A stretch of 64,000 nt of DNA from Spirochaetia bacterium (GTDB lineage Bacteria > Spirochaetota > Spirochaetia > SP-2023). The stretch is from positions 160,001-224,000 of the forward strand of contig OZ253665.1 in NCBI GenBank assembly GCA_965263295.1, in the 5' to 3' direction. This document shows, one piece after another, positions 10,901-19,511 of the stretch. A program made the position numbers and the translations under genes. Below the pieces are notes generated by a model. That model ran no database searches, had not been told where the DNA came from, and worked only from the letters and a program-made list of their open reading frames with translations. Numbering within the stretch: position 1 is the stretch's first letter; every line of letters starts with the position of its first letter.

Positions 10901-12511
10901 CAAATAATCGGGAAGAGGTGGAAGTTCCGGCTGCGGCAGTGCTTGAGTTTCCAGTTCTCGTAGTTGTCGTTGCAGCTCAGTCCATTCTGCTTCGTAGTCG
11001 CGCTGTAATTCACACTGCCATTCTCGCCGGGCTGTTTCGAAGTTGTGCTGCAGCTCAGAGTATTTCTGCCGCCAGGCGGCAATTTCGCCGCCATTTTGCA
11101 ACCAGTCGCTCAGCTTCTGCAGCTCATTTAATTCTTGGCGCCAGGTGGCTTCGGCTGTGCTGTAAGCAAAATCAGTCTCGGCAACATCAAGCCCTGAATC
11201 CTGGGCCAAAACTTGCGGGCTAATTGGAGCCAAATCTTGGCTCCAATTAGCCCGCAAGTTTTGTTGTAACTCGTCGATGTTCCGCTCCAGTTGGCTTAAT
11301 TTTTGCTTTAGCTGATCAACTCTACGCTCTGCTTCAAGACTTTGCTCTTGCCTGTCGCGTTGCTCGCGCGCGAGTTTTTCCTGTTGTCGCGCCATCTCCT
11401 GGCCGCGCCAATCGAGTTGCAGGATCTTGTCCTGGTTTTGCTGCCAAAGTTCTTGAAACTCCTGTTGGCGAATAAAGGCCTGTCTGCTTTGTTCTAGCTC
11501 CGGCTGCGCGCGCTCTTCCATTTCGCTCCGCAGCTGCTCGCTTTTATCCCCATTTTGCACTGCGGCGGCGCGGCATTCGTCCAGCTGTTGGGCCGCTTGC
11601 CTGGCAGCTAAATGCAGCGGGCGCAGTTCCCGCGCAGTGCCATCCTGTTCCAGGGCGCGGCGCCGCGCAGCTTGTTCTTGTTGTTGTTCGGCTCCAAAAT
11701 CTTGTTCGGCTTGTCGCTGCAGTGCGAGCATTTTCTGCCACAACTCAAGATTTTTGTGTAGCAATTGCTGGGTTGATTGCAGGGCTGTCAGTTCATTGCC
11801 GGCCGCCTGTTGCTCGGCTTCAGCTCGCTCGCAGTCGTGTTCCAGCTGCCGGCGCGGCTCTGCAGCCAAGGGCAGCAGTAAATTGTGTTGTTCCTGCAGT
11901 AGCGCCAGGGCGTGTTGCCCTTCTTTGTGGCGCGTGAAGCAGAGAATGGAAATTTGCCGGTAGATTTCGGTTCCCGTGATTTTTTCCAAAATGGCGGCGC
12001 GTTCGTTGGGATCACTTTCGAGAAAAGCGGCAAAGTCTCCCTGGGCCAACAATATTGAGCGCACAAACTGTTCAAACTTCAGTCCGGTCAACTCGACAAT
12101 CTTGTCATCGACTTCGCTGACACTTTGGGCGAGCAGCTGGTCGTCGTTTTCCCGTCTGATCTCACGCGATACTTTTTGCAGTTTGCCGTCGGCCTTGTCG
12201 CGCGCTCGGCGCTGACTCCAGTAGGCACTGTAAAGCGGGCCATCGTCGTGGGTCGCGAAGCTGAGCTCGGCCAGGCATGTACTAGAGCCACGCGACATAA
12301 TTTCATTGTTGCTGTCGGTAATTTTACCCAGGCGTGGGGTTCGCCCGTAGAGGGCCAGGCAGATGGCGTCGAGAATGGTCGATTTGCCAGAGCCCGTGGG
12401 GCCGCTAATCAGGAAAAGTCCTTCGCTTTGCAGGGCGTTGGCGGCAAAATTGATCTCCCACTCTCCGCGCAGCGAATTGAGATTCTGCAGGCGCAGCTTG
12501 TGCAGTTTCAC
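7964..12511 (-). CDS. sbcC: SbcC/Rad50-like SMC ATPase
   Basis: GPTGSGKS, LAQGDF Q-loop, CPLCG zinc hook, LSGGE signature, LFLDEGFG, ISH; long coiled coils. Confidence 0.95.
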   Translation of the reverse strand: MKLHKLRLQNLNSLRGEWEINFAANALQSEGLFLISGPTGSGKSTILDAICLALYGRTPRLGKITDSNNEIMSRGSSTCLAELSFATHDDGPLYSAYWSQRRARDKADGKLQKVSREIRRENDDQLLAQSVSEVDDKIVELTGLKFEQFVRSILLAQGDFAAFLESDPNERAAILEKITGTEIYRQISILCFTRHKEGQHALALLQEQHNLLLPLAAEPRRQLEHDCERAEAEQQAAGNELTALQSTQQLLHKNLELWQKMLALQRQAEQDFGAEQQQEQAARRRALEQDGTARELRPLHLAARQAAQQLDECRAAAVQNGDKSEQLRSEMEERAQPELEQSRQAFIRQQEFQELWQQNQDKILQLDWRGQEMARQQEKLAREQRDRQEQSLEAERRVDQLKQKLSQLERNIDELQQNLRANWSQDLAPISPQVLAQDSGLDVAETDFAYSTAEATWRQELNELQKLSDWLQNGGEIAAWRQKYSELQHNFETARREWQCELQRDYEAEWTELQRQLRELETQALPQPELPPLPDYLRSPELHPGQGQDNDQSAEAALRGASDCLNRLTSSSERYLLGRELQYEAAAEAAQLYDSLREEERQLAEAERDLSRQEAAFKKQERYCRTLQEKQELQQRLLILVEERAKLEDEQPCPLCGATEHHFEAAVQVSDDILVFQAELEQQHRELQELQNAVHGDQEEVGKLRLSCDNYRREWQDKQNKAQHLQGELLAQIELLDQILQGHPAPQVLLPGIWSDVQEQRQAIFQTPSPNSNPNSNRGQTKIVAVPPAIYSEKLRTELRQRREELEFYRQAENAAYERCEVMQKQLEQSKTELREQCRQVDNERAQTLLRRQNASDKMQNAHKQIRDFAQRLRLDFARVFSRPDDLASRADSRAALYQLPQYQVALQAPCHETAPETPPVYSKSTQAAAQALENLHTRLELLSESALVQLHEQIRAQQNYLHNLLHQAQHLQTQQSERTINRERLQTARQDWDKAKEAARQAEQFLTEGAAELKTLEQKLHQHRLELQQRWPAPVHTERQRELESTTDWRDLNWKQLQQEFASTWQQVQQQQETCKKRYEKLQTDWEWLQKEGQRLQNEQDKARQHSESARQQWRHRLQMSGFNDEAAFLAAELTDETRRKLQQELEAGTKAFWQLQQSCRETREQLDLTLRQLNELIEADTLGDIIVASRLDNPLPQSDGAEVFSFQDLEELQVQAVPDQLHDLKALLQRREIWAKERYQQGSETLGALKKRLQDDDQLRRRHRQMESQVEAMQQEVADWEQLNELIGSATGDKYNKFAQQLSFEHLLYHANLYLERISDRYLLYSPPEASLQFFVTDQYLPPDQQLRPAQNLSGGEKFLISLALALALARISARQIPVQSLFLDEGFGTLDEDSLHSTLEVLGSLQRDGKLIGLISHIGALKERIICQIQLEAMGEGRSAIRCEGSLDIVRTGPEPDEKAMKAKTSSTSEARKSAKTQQKARPIAVHPESRAETSRAEEPGRGSPQHPGELF

Positions 12512-14091
12512 AGCGGAAGCTCCTTGCCGTCGGCGGCTTGAGAGTCTGCACTGTCTGTTTTACGGTCTAGGTGCCCGGAGTGCACAGGGTTTGCCTGTTC
12601 CGCGTTTTGGGAGTCGCGCTGCAGTTTAATGTCGTCGACCAGGCGACCGTAAAGTTTCCATAGACGCTGGGTGGCATCTGCAGAAGCATCGTTTGATGAG
12701 ACATGGCTCAATGAGGCATGGTTTGATCTGGGCGCCTGCTGTTCGGCTGGCCCGTCTCGGCCTTCGCGACTTTCTTTATCCCGGTGTCTGCGATCCTGCT
12801 CTAGGAGATGACGGAAAACTTCTTCGGGATTGAGTTCGCTCAGCTCCCAGAAAGGCCGGTCGAGATTTTTGTTGCCTGCCACTTGGCCGCTGAGACCGAG
12901 GGCCGGTGTTTTGGTGCTGCGGAAACGCAGTATTTCCAGCGAGTGCTGCCGCGCCAGGTCCTGCAGTTGGGTGCGCAGCCCCGCCGCCTCGGCGGCGGGA
13001 CCATTATATTCGAGCTCTAGCCATATAGTTTCCCGATCGGACTTCGCGTCGTCGGCTCGGTCCGGGGGGACTGAGGGCGTTGAGTATGCGGCAGATCGCG
13101 ACGCCCGCAGCATGGCTTGTTGCAGTTCTGTGGCATCGCCACTAAATTTTTCGAGGCGCTGCCACAACGGCACCGGTAATGCTTCGACCTGTTTGTCTCG
13201 ACCCTCAAATTGTAAGCGCAGCACTACTTTTTTTGCGCTTTCCCCGAAGCCAAAGGCCAGTGGTGAACCGCAGTAGCGCAGTTCCTGCTCGGAGTGGGCG
13301 GCTTTGAGCTTTTGCGCTTGATGAATGTGGCCGAGGGCGATGTAGTCAAAACGGCTGGGAAATAATGAGCCGGGAAAGTGGCCCAGCGAGCCGATGTAGA
13401 GTTCGCGCACGCCATCGTTTTCGATGGTGCTGGCACCACTGGCAAAAAGGTGCCCCATGGCCAGCAAAGGAATTTCACCCGCCGGCGCGCGCGCCGGGGC
13501 ATGTATGCGCAAAAAACGCTCGGCCTCGGCAGCCAGGGCCTGGTAATACATGGCAACGCCGCGCTGTAATTTTTGTTCCTTGTCCTGTGTGCTTTCGGCC
13601 CAGCTGCTGCTGCGCAGATAACTGTCTTGCAGATAGGGTAGGGCGGCGACGAGGGCCTGCAGTGTGCCGGTGTCGTCGTAAATTGGCAGCAGTTCGGGTG
13701 GAAATTCGGCATTTTCGTCGGGGCTTGTGCCGGCCTGTAAACTTTGGACTTTGCCTTGGAGCAGTCCGCTGGGCCTGCCGATTACATGGACGCGCAAAGT
13801 CTTGAGCAGGGCCTTGGGTGCTTCGAGAAACATGGCGGAATCGTGGTTGCCAGCGCAAACAACGATCTCGCAGAATCTGGAGGCCCGGTGCAAGAATCTG
13901 TAGTAGAGTTCCTGGGCCCAGAGTGGGGGAGTATTGGTGTCGAAGATGTCACCGGCAATCAACAATAGATCACAAGTGCCTAGTTGCCCTAGCATCCAGT
14001 CGAGAAAAAGGCGAAATTCACGTTCGCGACTTTTGTGATACAGCCGTTTCCCTAAATGCCAGTCGGAACTGTGTAAAACTTCAAACGGCAT
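12508..14091 (-). CDS. sbcD: SbcD/Mre11-like nuclease
   Basis: HSSDWHLG, AGDIFD, GNHDS, MGHLF, ALGHIH, RYCGSP; overlaps the sbcC start by 4 nt. Confidence 0.95.
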   Translation of the reverse strand: MPFEVLHSSDWHLGKRLYHKSREREFRLFLDWMLGQLGTCDLLLIAGDIFDTNTPPLWAQELYYRFLHRASRFCEIVVCAGNHDSAMFLEAPKALLKTLRVHVIGRPSGLLQGKVQSLQAGTSPDENAEFPPELLPIYDDTGTLQALVAALPYLQDSYLRSSSWAESTQDKEQKLQRGVAMYYQALAAEAERFLRIHAPARAPAGEIPLLAMGHLFASGASTIENDGVRELYIGSLGHFPGSLFPSRFDYIALGHIHQAQKLKAAHSEQELRYCGSPLAFGFGESAKKVVLRLQFEGRDKQVEALPVPLWQRLEKFSGDATELQQAMLRASRSAAYSTPSVPPDRADDAKSDRETIWLELEYNGPAAEAAGLRTQLQDLARQHSLEILRFRSTKTPALGLSGQVAGNKNLDRPFWELSELNPEEVFRHLLEQDRRHRDKESREGRDGPAEQQAPRSNHASLSHVSSNDASADATQRLWKLYGRLVDDIKLQRDSQNAEQANPVHSGHLDRKTDSADSQAADGKELPL

Positions 14092-14132
14092 GATTTTCCC
14101 TGCACATCGACGGATAAAATTGTTGCGAAAGC

Positions 14133-14200
14133 ATTCTAGCGGGATTGTGCGAGCTGTGCAAAGTTTAGCGTTTACATTGCCCAGGTTGCCCCGTTAGAAT
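14133..14200. promoter_or_regulatory. Divergent sigma70 promoters for sbcD (-) and rsmA (+)
   Basis: Minus: TTGCAC(14161-14156)-17-TAGAAT(14138-14133). Plus: TTTACA(14171-14176)-18-TAGAAT(14195-14200). Confidence 0.6.
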
Positions 14201-14212
14201 GAGCAGTGCAAT

Positions 14213-15205
14213 ATGGCAGAACAAAATACCCGGCAAGATATCCGACCAAACATCCAACAGAATATCCAGGCCAACTGGGACAGGCTGGCCTTCCCCTGGA
14301 CGGACATCAACCCCTGTAGTCCCAAATCGCTAAACATCGTGTTGGAACGTCTGGAGGCGGCGCCGCGCAAGCGCTGGGGCCAGAACTTCTTGATTGACTT
14401 GACTGCACAGCAGCGCATTGTGCGGGCGGCAGGCATTCAAGCTAGCGATCGAGTTTGGGAGATCGGCCCCGGTTTGGGGGCCCTCACCCAGCATTTGTGG
14501 CGCCGCAGTCGCAGCTTGACTTTATTTGAGATTGACCCTGTGTTGCTGGATTTTTATGCCAGTCGCTTGGGAGTTGACTGGGGAGTTGACTTGGGATCTG
14601 GCCGGGATGGGACAGCGGAAGCCTCGCGAGCAAAACTTTGTTGCCAGCTGGTCGCCGGCGATGTTCTACAGACCTGGCCTACGGTTTGGCAACGATGGGG
14701 GGAATGCCCGCAAGTTGCAATGGGTAATTTGCCGTATAACTCAGTCAGTTCGCTTCTGAGTGCGTTTGCCCGGCACTTGGAATTCCGGCCGCGTTGCATG
14801 GTGTTTACGGTGCAGAAAGAAATGGCAGAACGCTTGACGGCCAAGGAGCGCAGTAAACCTTATTCTTCGTTTAGTGTGCTGTTACAGAGCCAGTTCCACG
14901 TCGAATGTTTGTTTGACTTGCCGCCACGGCTTTTTTATCCGCGGCCCAACGTAACTTCGACCACGATTCGACTTTTGCCGCGCAAACACGGTCTGAAGGC
15001 AACGCAGCTGCGCGAATTGGAGCGTTTTACGCGAGCTATTTTCAGTCAGCGGCGCAAGACTTTGGCCAACAATATTAAATCCAGCGCTTTTCAGGCTCGC
15101 TTTGGGGAGCTTGAGCCCAAGTTGGCAGGTTTAGGGATTCAATACAGTCAACGCGCTGAAGAGATCTCCATAGATCAGTTTCTAGACTTGGCAAGCTTGC
15201 TCTAA
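14213..15205 (+). CDS. rsmA: 16S rRNA adenine dimethyltransferase KsgA
   Basis: WGQNFLID, EIGPGLGALT, GNLPYN, QKEMAERL, FYPRPNV, FSQRRKTL. Confidence 0.95.
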   Translation: MAEQNTRQDIRPNIQQNIQANWDRLAFPWTDINPCSPKSLNIVLERLEAAPRKRWGQNFLIDLTAQQRIVRAAGIQASDRVWEIGPGLGALTQHLWRRSRSLTLFEIDPVLLDFYASRLGVDWGVDLGSGRDGTAEASRAKLCCQLVAGDVLQTWPTVWQRWGECPQVAMGNLPYNSVSSLLSAFARHLEFRPRCMVFTVQKEMAERLTAKERSKPYSSFSVLLQSQFHVECLFDLPPRLFYPRPNVTSTTIRLLPRKHGLKATQLRELERFTRAIFSQRRKTLANNIKSSAFQARFGELEPKLAGLGIQYSQRAEEISIDQFLDLASLL

Positions 15206-15282
15206 GCCCCCACAAGTGAAACTTTGAAAATTTCTTATCGCCCTCGATGCCGTTGAAACCAGTGAAACCAGGTGACGCAAAT

Positions 15283-16440
15283 TCAGCGTGAGTCTAGCTC
15301 TTGCAGTTCACTTTGGTACTTTTGTTCCAGTTCGTATATCAAATCATGGGCACGCCGGGCCAATTGGGCGGCAGGGCTTGGCGTTTTATGGGGGTTGTCT
15401 TGCAACTCAGATGGGTAGGGAGGGCTCAGCAAGCGACGCCAGCTTCGCGCTCCTGGCAGCTTGTGCCATATTTTCTGTAGCGGCCATATTTGGGTGGCGG
15501 TACTTTGCGTGCTGGGGTATGTTTCTAGGTAGTCGGCATAAAGGCCGACTAATTCTGAGCGGCAAGTCACTCCTGTGTCGCCACTTGAATTTGTCAGGTT
15601 GCTGTGCGAGAGCATTTGCCGCCGGATGCCGAACAGTTCCCAAGTGTCTTCATACGTGACGCGGCCCAACATGACTCCGTCGACCTGAGGCCAAACGGCG
15701 GCAATTTGTTCATAAATTTTCAAGCCGCCATTCAAGTCGACGGCTAAGTGGCCAGAGGCACCGGCAGAACTAAAGTCGCGGCGCAAGGCGAATACCATCG
15801 GATAGTCAAGTGGGGGGATTTCGCGGTTTTGCTTGGGGTCAAGTCCGTCCAGTATGGCGATGCGGGCGTGGGCGATCAGACGGTCACATTGAGGGGCAAC
15901 TTTTTCAATGAATGTGTACAAGTCTCGCTGGCTGGTCAGATTTATGTCGCGGCTTTTTTGTTCAATTCCCAGGCGGTGTTTAAGAGTAACAATGGGCTGT
16001 GGCTGCTGGGCAAATAGGTGCGTTGTATCGTCGACGGCTTGTCGCATGGCAGCCAGGATTTCGGCCACCAGAGGTGCATCATTCATCAAGATGGCCCCTA
16101 TGTTGCGGTTTTGTACCCGGTCGCTCGGACAACCGACATTCAGATTGTATTCGGCAAAGCTAAGAGCTTGTTGACTGCCGTACTCGCGAGCTATGCGGAC
16201 AGCCTGGTAAGCCTCCCGCGGGCAGTGTGTGCCTAGTTGCAAGGCTACAGGATGTTCTGTTGGATGTAGGGCCAAAAAGCGTTCAACTTCTCCGTGGATA
16301 ATGGCTCCAGAGCTAATCATTTCGGTGTATAACCACAGTTCGGGAAATAGTTGCCGCAGCAGGTAGCGGAAGCGGGGTTCTGTCTTGTCGATCATAGGGG
16401 CCAGAGAAATACGCTGACTCAGGCGCTCTAACTTGGTCAT
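15283..16440 (-). CDS. dusA: tRNA dihydrouridine synthase, DusA-like
   Basis: LAPMID, LYTEM, HPVALQLG, NLNVGCPSDRVQ, HARIAIL, NREIPPLDY, GVMLGR. Confidence 0.9.
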   Translation of the reverse strand: MTKLERLSQRISLAPMIDKTEPRFRYLLRQLFPELWLYTEMISSGAIIHGEVERFLALHPTEHPVALQLGTHCPREAYQAVRIAREYGSQQALSFAEYNLNVGCPSDRVQNRNIGAILMNDAPLVAEILAAMRQAVDDTTHLFAQQPQPIVTLKHRLGIEQKSRDINLTSQRDLYTFIEKVAPQCDRLIAHARIAILDGLDPKQNREIPPLDYPMVFALRRDFSSAGASGHLAVDLNGGLKIYEQIAAVWPQVDGVMLGRVTYEDTWELFGIRRQMLSHSNLTNSSGDTGVTCRSELVGLYADYLETYPSTQSTATQIWPLQKIWHKLPGARSWRRLLSPPYPSELQDNPHKTPSPAAQLARRAHDLIYELEQKYQSELQELDSR

Positions 16441-17438
16441 TGTAGAGGAGAATTAAATTTATTGTGGCCATGTTGGCGAAAAGGATTGTCTGGCCGCAGC
16501 GCTTCTTCACGCAGTTTTTGGTATACCGGTTCAGCTTCTTGGTGCAGTTCTGCCAGCTCTTGCATGATTGCGTTGCAAACAGTGTCTTTAATCAACTTCT
16601 TGTCGGCGGTCTTGGGGTCGGTATCTAACTGGTGGCGAGCAATGACTCCATCGCGAAATTGACGCCCCCGGACGATGGCGCCGGCAGTTATTATGACCAC
16701 ATTCTCTTCCACTTTGTCGTTTTCCATATTCTCATCGGGTGAGGGGATTAGGCAGAAACCATTGAGTCCCACAAACAAGACATTTTGAAACACTTTCAGG
16801 TAGCTTTCGGCTTCGCGCACGGCGCGCTTGCTGTCTGGGTTCCATGGCCGGTAACGCGTGCCTGTAGGGAATACCAAGATTATACGGCCTTGGTATTTGC
16901 GCTTGGTCATTTCGCCGATGGCGGCGTGATTCATCGGCGTGGAAACCTCGCGTACCCGGCGCCTCTCTTCTTCATCCTCAATTTGATCAATATGGCGGCT
17001 GGGGTAGATCGTTATAGTGGAATAGGCAGAAGACAATACAGGGGTAGCCCGATTCCCTGAAGTCAGTTTATAAGCTTGAATTGGGAGCAAGGCATCGGCG
17101 GCTTCTTTGCCCAGGCCGGGGTGACGCTCGAAAAAACGTAGCAGGGCTGGGAAGTCAAAGTTGCTGTAGTGCTCCATCATAATCAGGCAGGACTCGCCGC
17201 GTTGGCAGCGCCGCCACATTTCGACAAATTGCTCTGCGTTTCGCAGGCCAGAGCCGGGCAGCATCAGGCGGTCAGCCATGTCGCAAATAATTTTGCGGTA
17301 AAAAGGAATGCCCGGACTATAGACATTGTCCGGTGTAATTTCTGGGATTTCAATATCTGGATTGGACATAATTTCATGGATGACTGGAGCAAAAAACTCC
17401 ATAAATGTAATGCCTTCCCGTAGTTCCACAAATTTCAT
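16437..17438 (-). CDS. Glycerol-3-phosphate acyltransferase (spirochaete/plastid-like PlsC-fold)
   Basis: EHYSNFD (HxxxxD) and FPTGTRYRP motifs. Confidence 0.8.
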   Translation of the reverse strand: MKFVELREGITFMEFFAPVIHEIMSNPDIEIPEITPDNVYSPGIPFYRKIICDMADRLMLPGSGLRNAEQFVEMWRRCQRGESCLIMMEHYSNFDFPALLRFFERHPGLGKEAADALLPIQAYKLTSGNRATPVLSSAYSTITIYPSRHIDQIEDEEERRRVREVSTPMNHAAIGEMTKRKYQGRIILVFPTGTRYRPWNPDSKRAVREAESYLKVFQNVLFVGLNGFCLIPSPDENMENDKVEENVVIITAGAIVRGRQFRDGVIARHQLDTDPKTADKKLIKDTVCNAIMQELAELHQEAEPVYQKLREEALRPDNPFRQHGHNKFNSPLQ

Positions 17439-17665
17439 ATCCTATGCCTTTCAAAGTACTTTGTAAGTATTAATTATTTTATTCGCATATTTTATATCAG
17501 CGCAAGGTTTTGTCTCCGAGCATTATAAAAGCTTTATCTCAAGTTGTCACTATCTAGGGGGCTACTACAATTTTGTAAATATCTTTAAATTATACAGACG
17601 CAGAAATCTTATACTTTTTTATAGCATAGTGGCAGTTTTATAAACTGTAATAGGAGCTGAATCCA

Positions 17666-18088
17666 ATGTCTGAAATAGAATGTAAGCGCGGGGTAAGAAA
17701 AACGGGAGAGCCATATCGCGTCATGGTAGTAGATGACTCCGTATTTATACAAAAACAGATGAGTATGATGCTGACCTCTGAGGGCTTTGAGGTGTTTGCC
17801 AAGGCTAATAATGGCGAGGAAGCGTTGGCCATATATCAGAATAATAAGGATAAAATAGACTTGGTCACGATGGATATCACGATGCCCAAGATGGATGGAA
17901 TTACGGCGTTGGGCAAGCTGATTGAGTTTGATCCCAAGGTCATTGTCATTATGGTGAGTGCTTTGGGCAAGGAAGATTTGGTCAAAAAATCCTTGCTGTT
18001 AGGGGCAAAAAATTATGTAGTCAAGCCGTTAAGCCGGGATAAGGTGATCGGCCGCATCGCTTCTCTTGTTGAACATATCGAAGTTTGA
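17666..18088 (+). CDS. cheY: Single-domain response regulator, spirochaete CheY-like
   Basis: VVDDS, TMDITMPKMDG, MVSALG, NYVVKP; short N-terminal extension as in spirochaete CheY. Confidence 0.85.
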   Translation: MSEIECKRGVRKTGEPYRVMVVDDSVFIQKQMSMMLTSEGFEVFAKANNGEEALAIYQNNKDKIDLVTMDITMPKMDGITALGKLIEFDPKVIVIMVSALGKEDLVKKSLLLGAKNYVVKPLSRDKVIGRIASLVEHIEV

Positions 18089-18104
18089 GGAAGCTTGTTT
18101 TTTG

Positions 18105-18722
18105 CTAACGATAGAGCACAGCTTGCATTACTCTAGCGGCCTCTTCGTCACCGACTAAGCGTTTTATCAAGCGTTCAGCCAGCAAGTGGGCGCTGCCCAC
18201 GCCGCTGGCCGTGATGATTCGGCCATCTTCGACGAGTGGAGAATTTTGTCTTGTCGCATTTAGTTCTGCTGATACTACGGCCTCAGCTCCAGGGTAACAG
18301 GTATATTTAAGTCCTCGGAGCAAGCCACTGGCATTGCCCAGCACATGGGCAGGTGCGGCGCAGATTGCGGCTAGATAGCGAGAGTCAGGCTCTAATTTTT
18401 GCTTGTATTCGCACAAGAAGTTGATGAGTTGGGTATTTTCGGCTAAGTGTTTACTGCCTGGCATACCGCCCGGTAAAAAGACGGCATCCACGGCCAATTT
18501 TTGGTCTTGATACTCTTGCAGAAAGTCTGGCAGGGTAATATGGGCGCGTAATTGCAACTGGTGAGAGCCTGTAATTAGCAAAGGATCCGCGGAGTCGCAA
18601 GAAGCGGTGTGCACGGCGACTAGAGTTATTTGGATTCCAGCTCGACAGCAAAGATCATATGGAAGACTGAATTCTACTTCTTCTAAGCCATCGGCTAGCA
18701 TAATCACTAGATTTTTATTCAT
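18105..18722 (-). CDS. DJ-1/ThiJ/YajL family protein
   Basis: GLEEVE, LPGGMPGS, AAICAAP, TCYPG. Confidence 0.92.
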   Translation of the reverse strand: MNKNLVIMLADGLEEVEFSLPYDLCCRAGIQITLVAVHTASCDSADPLLITGSHQLQLRAHITLPDFLQEYQDQKLAVDAVFLPGGMPGSKHLAENTQLINFLCEYKQKLEPDSRYLAAICAAPAHVLGNASGLLRGLKYTCYPGAEAVVSAELNATRQNSPLVEDGRIITASGVGSAHLLAERLIKRLVGDEEAARVMQAVLYR

Positions 18723-18748
18723 GGATGGGGACCTCCTGGCTGTTAATA

Positions 18749-18988
18749 TTATCGGCGTTCTTTGATTAATTTTTGCAGATCCGATAAGTTTGAGCTGTTG
18801 GCTTTGCTTTGGGCGGCATGCCGCATGGCATCTTGAACTTGTTCGTAAATTTCTTTGCGAAAAATTTTCACAGTACTTGGTGCCCTGATGCCTAGGCGCA
18901 CTTGATCTCCCTTAATTTCAGTGACACTGATTTCGATGGTGTCGCTGATAATGACACTCTGACCCTGGCGGCGTGAGAGTACAAGCAC
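18749..18988 (-). CDS. csrA: Carbon storage regulator CsrA
   Basis: MLVLSRR...VRLGIRAP...IFRKEIY; follows fliW. Confidence 0.96.
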   Translation of the reverse strand: MLVLSRRQGQSVIISDTIEISVTEIKGDQVRLGIRAPSTVKIFRKEIYEQVQDAMRHAAQSKANSSNLSDLQKLIKERR

Positions 18989-19004
18989 GGAAAATAACCC
19001 TTGC

Positions 19005-19493
19005 CTAGTTGCTCTGTGGCGCAGCCGGTTCGGTCGCTCGGCTTAGGTTTGAGGACTGGCGCAGGTCGGCGAGCTTATGGCGTACAGACCAGCGTTCATC
19101 GCTGACAATAATTTGACGGCCCAGGTTCTGGGCTTTGTTGAGTATTATAGGACCTTGCAGATTCGCCGTAGAGGATTGGGAGTCCTGTTCATTCAAAGTG
19201 ACGATAGAGAATATCAGCAGTTTGCTATCGGCCTTGTCAAAAATGCCAATGCTGGAAAAATCTTCATCAGAAGCTTGCTGGATGCCGTAATCCGACACCA
19301 GAAAATTGGGCGTCAGCAAGAGAAAGGCCAGGTCTTCGTCTTCTAAGGATTGTAGCCAATAAAAGGGAGGATAGGCCGAATCAATCAGGGCAAAGCTGCG
19401 CAATTCTTCGAAGGCATACAAGCCGTAGGGGAAGTGGAATATTTGGCGGGGGTCTATTTGGATTCTCCCCATGGCTTGAGTTTGTATTTCCAT
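19005..19493 (-). CDS. fliW: Flagellar assembly factor FliW
   Basis: FYWLQS, TANLQGPIILN; synteny with flgL and csrA. Confidence 0.95.
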   Translation of the reverse strand: MEIQTQAMGRIQIDPRQIFHFPYGLYAFEELRSFALIDSAYPPFYWLQSLEDEDLAFLLLTPNFLVSDYGIQQASDEDFSSIGIFDKADSKLLIFSIVTLNEQDSQSSTANLQGPIILNKAQNLGRQIIVSDERWSVRHKLADLRQSSNLSRATEPAAPQSN

Positions 19494-19511
19494 CGTTGGG
19501 AAAGTCCGATT

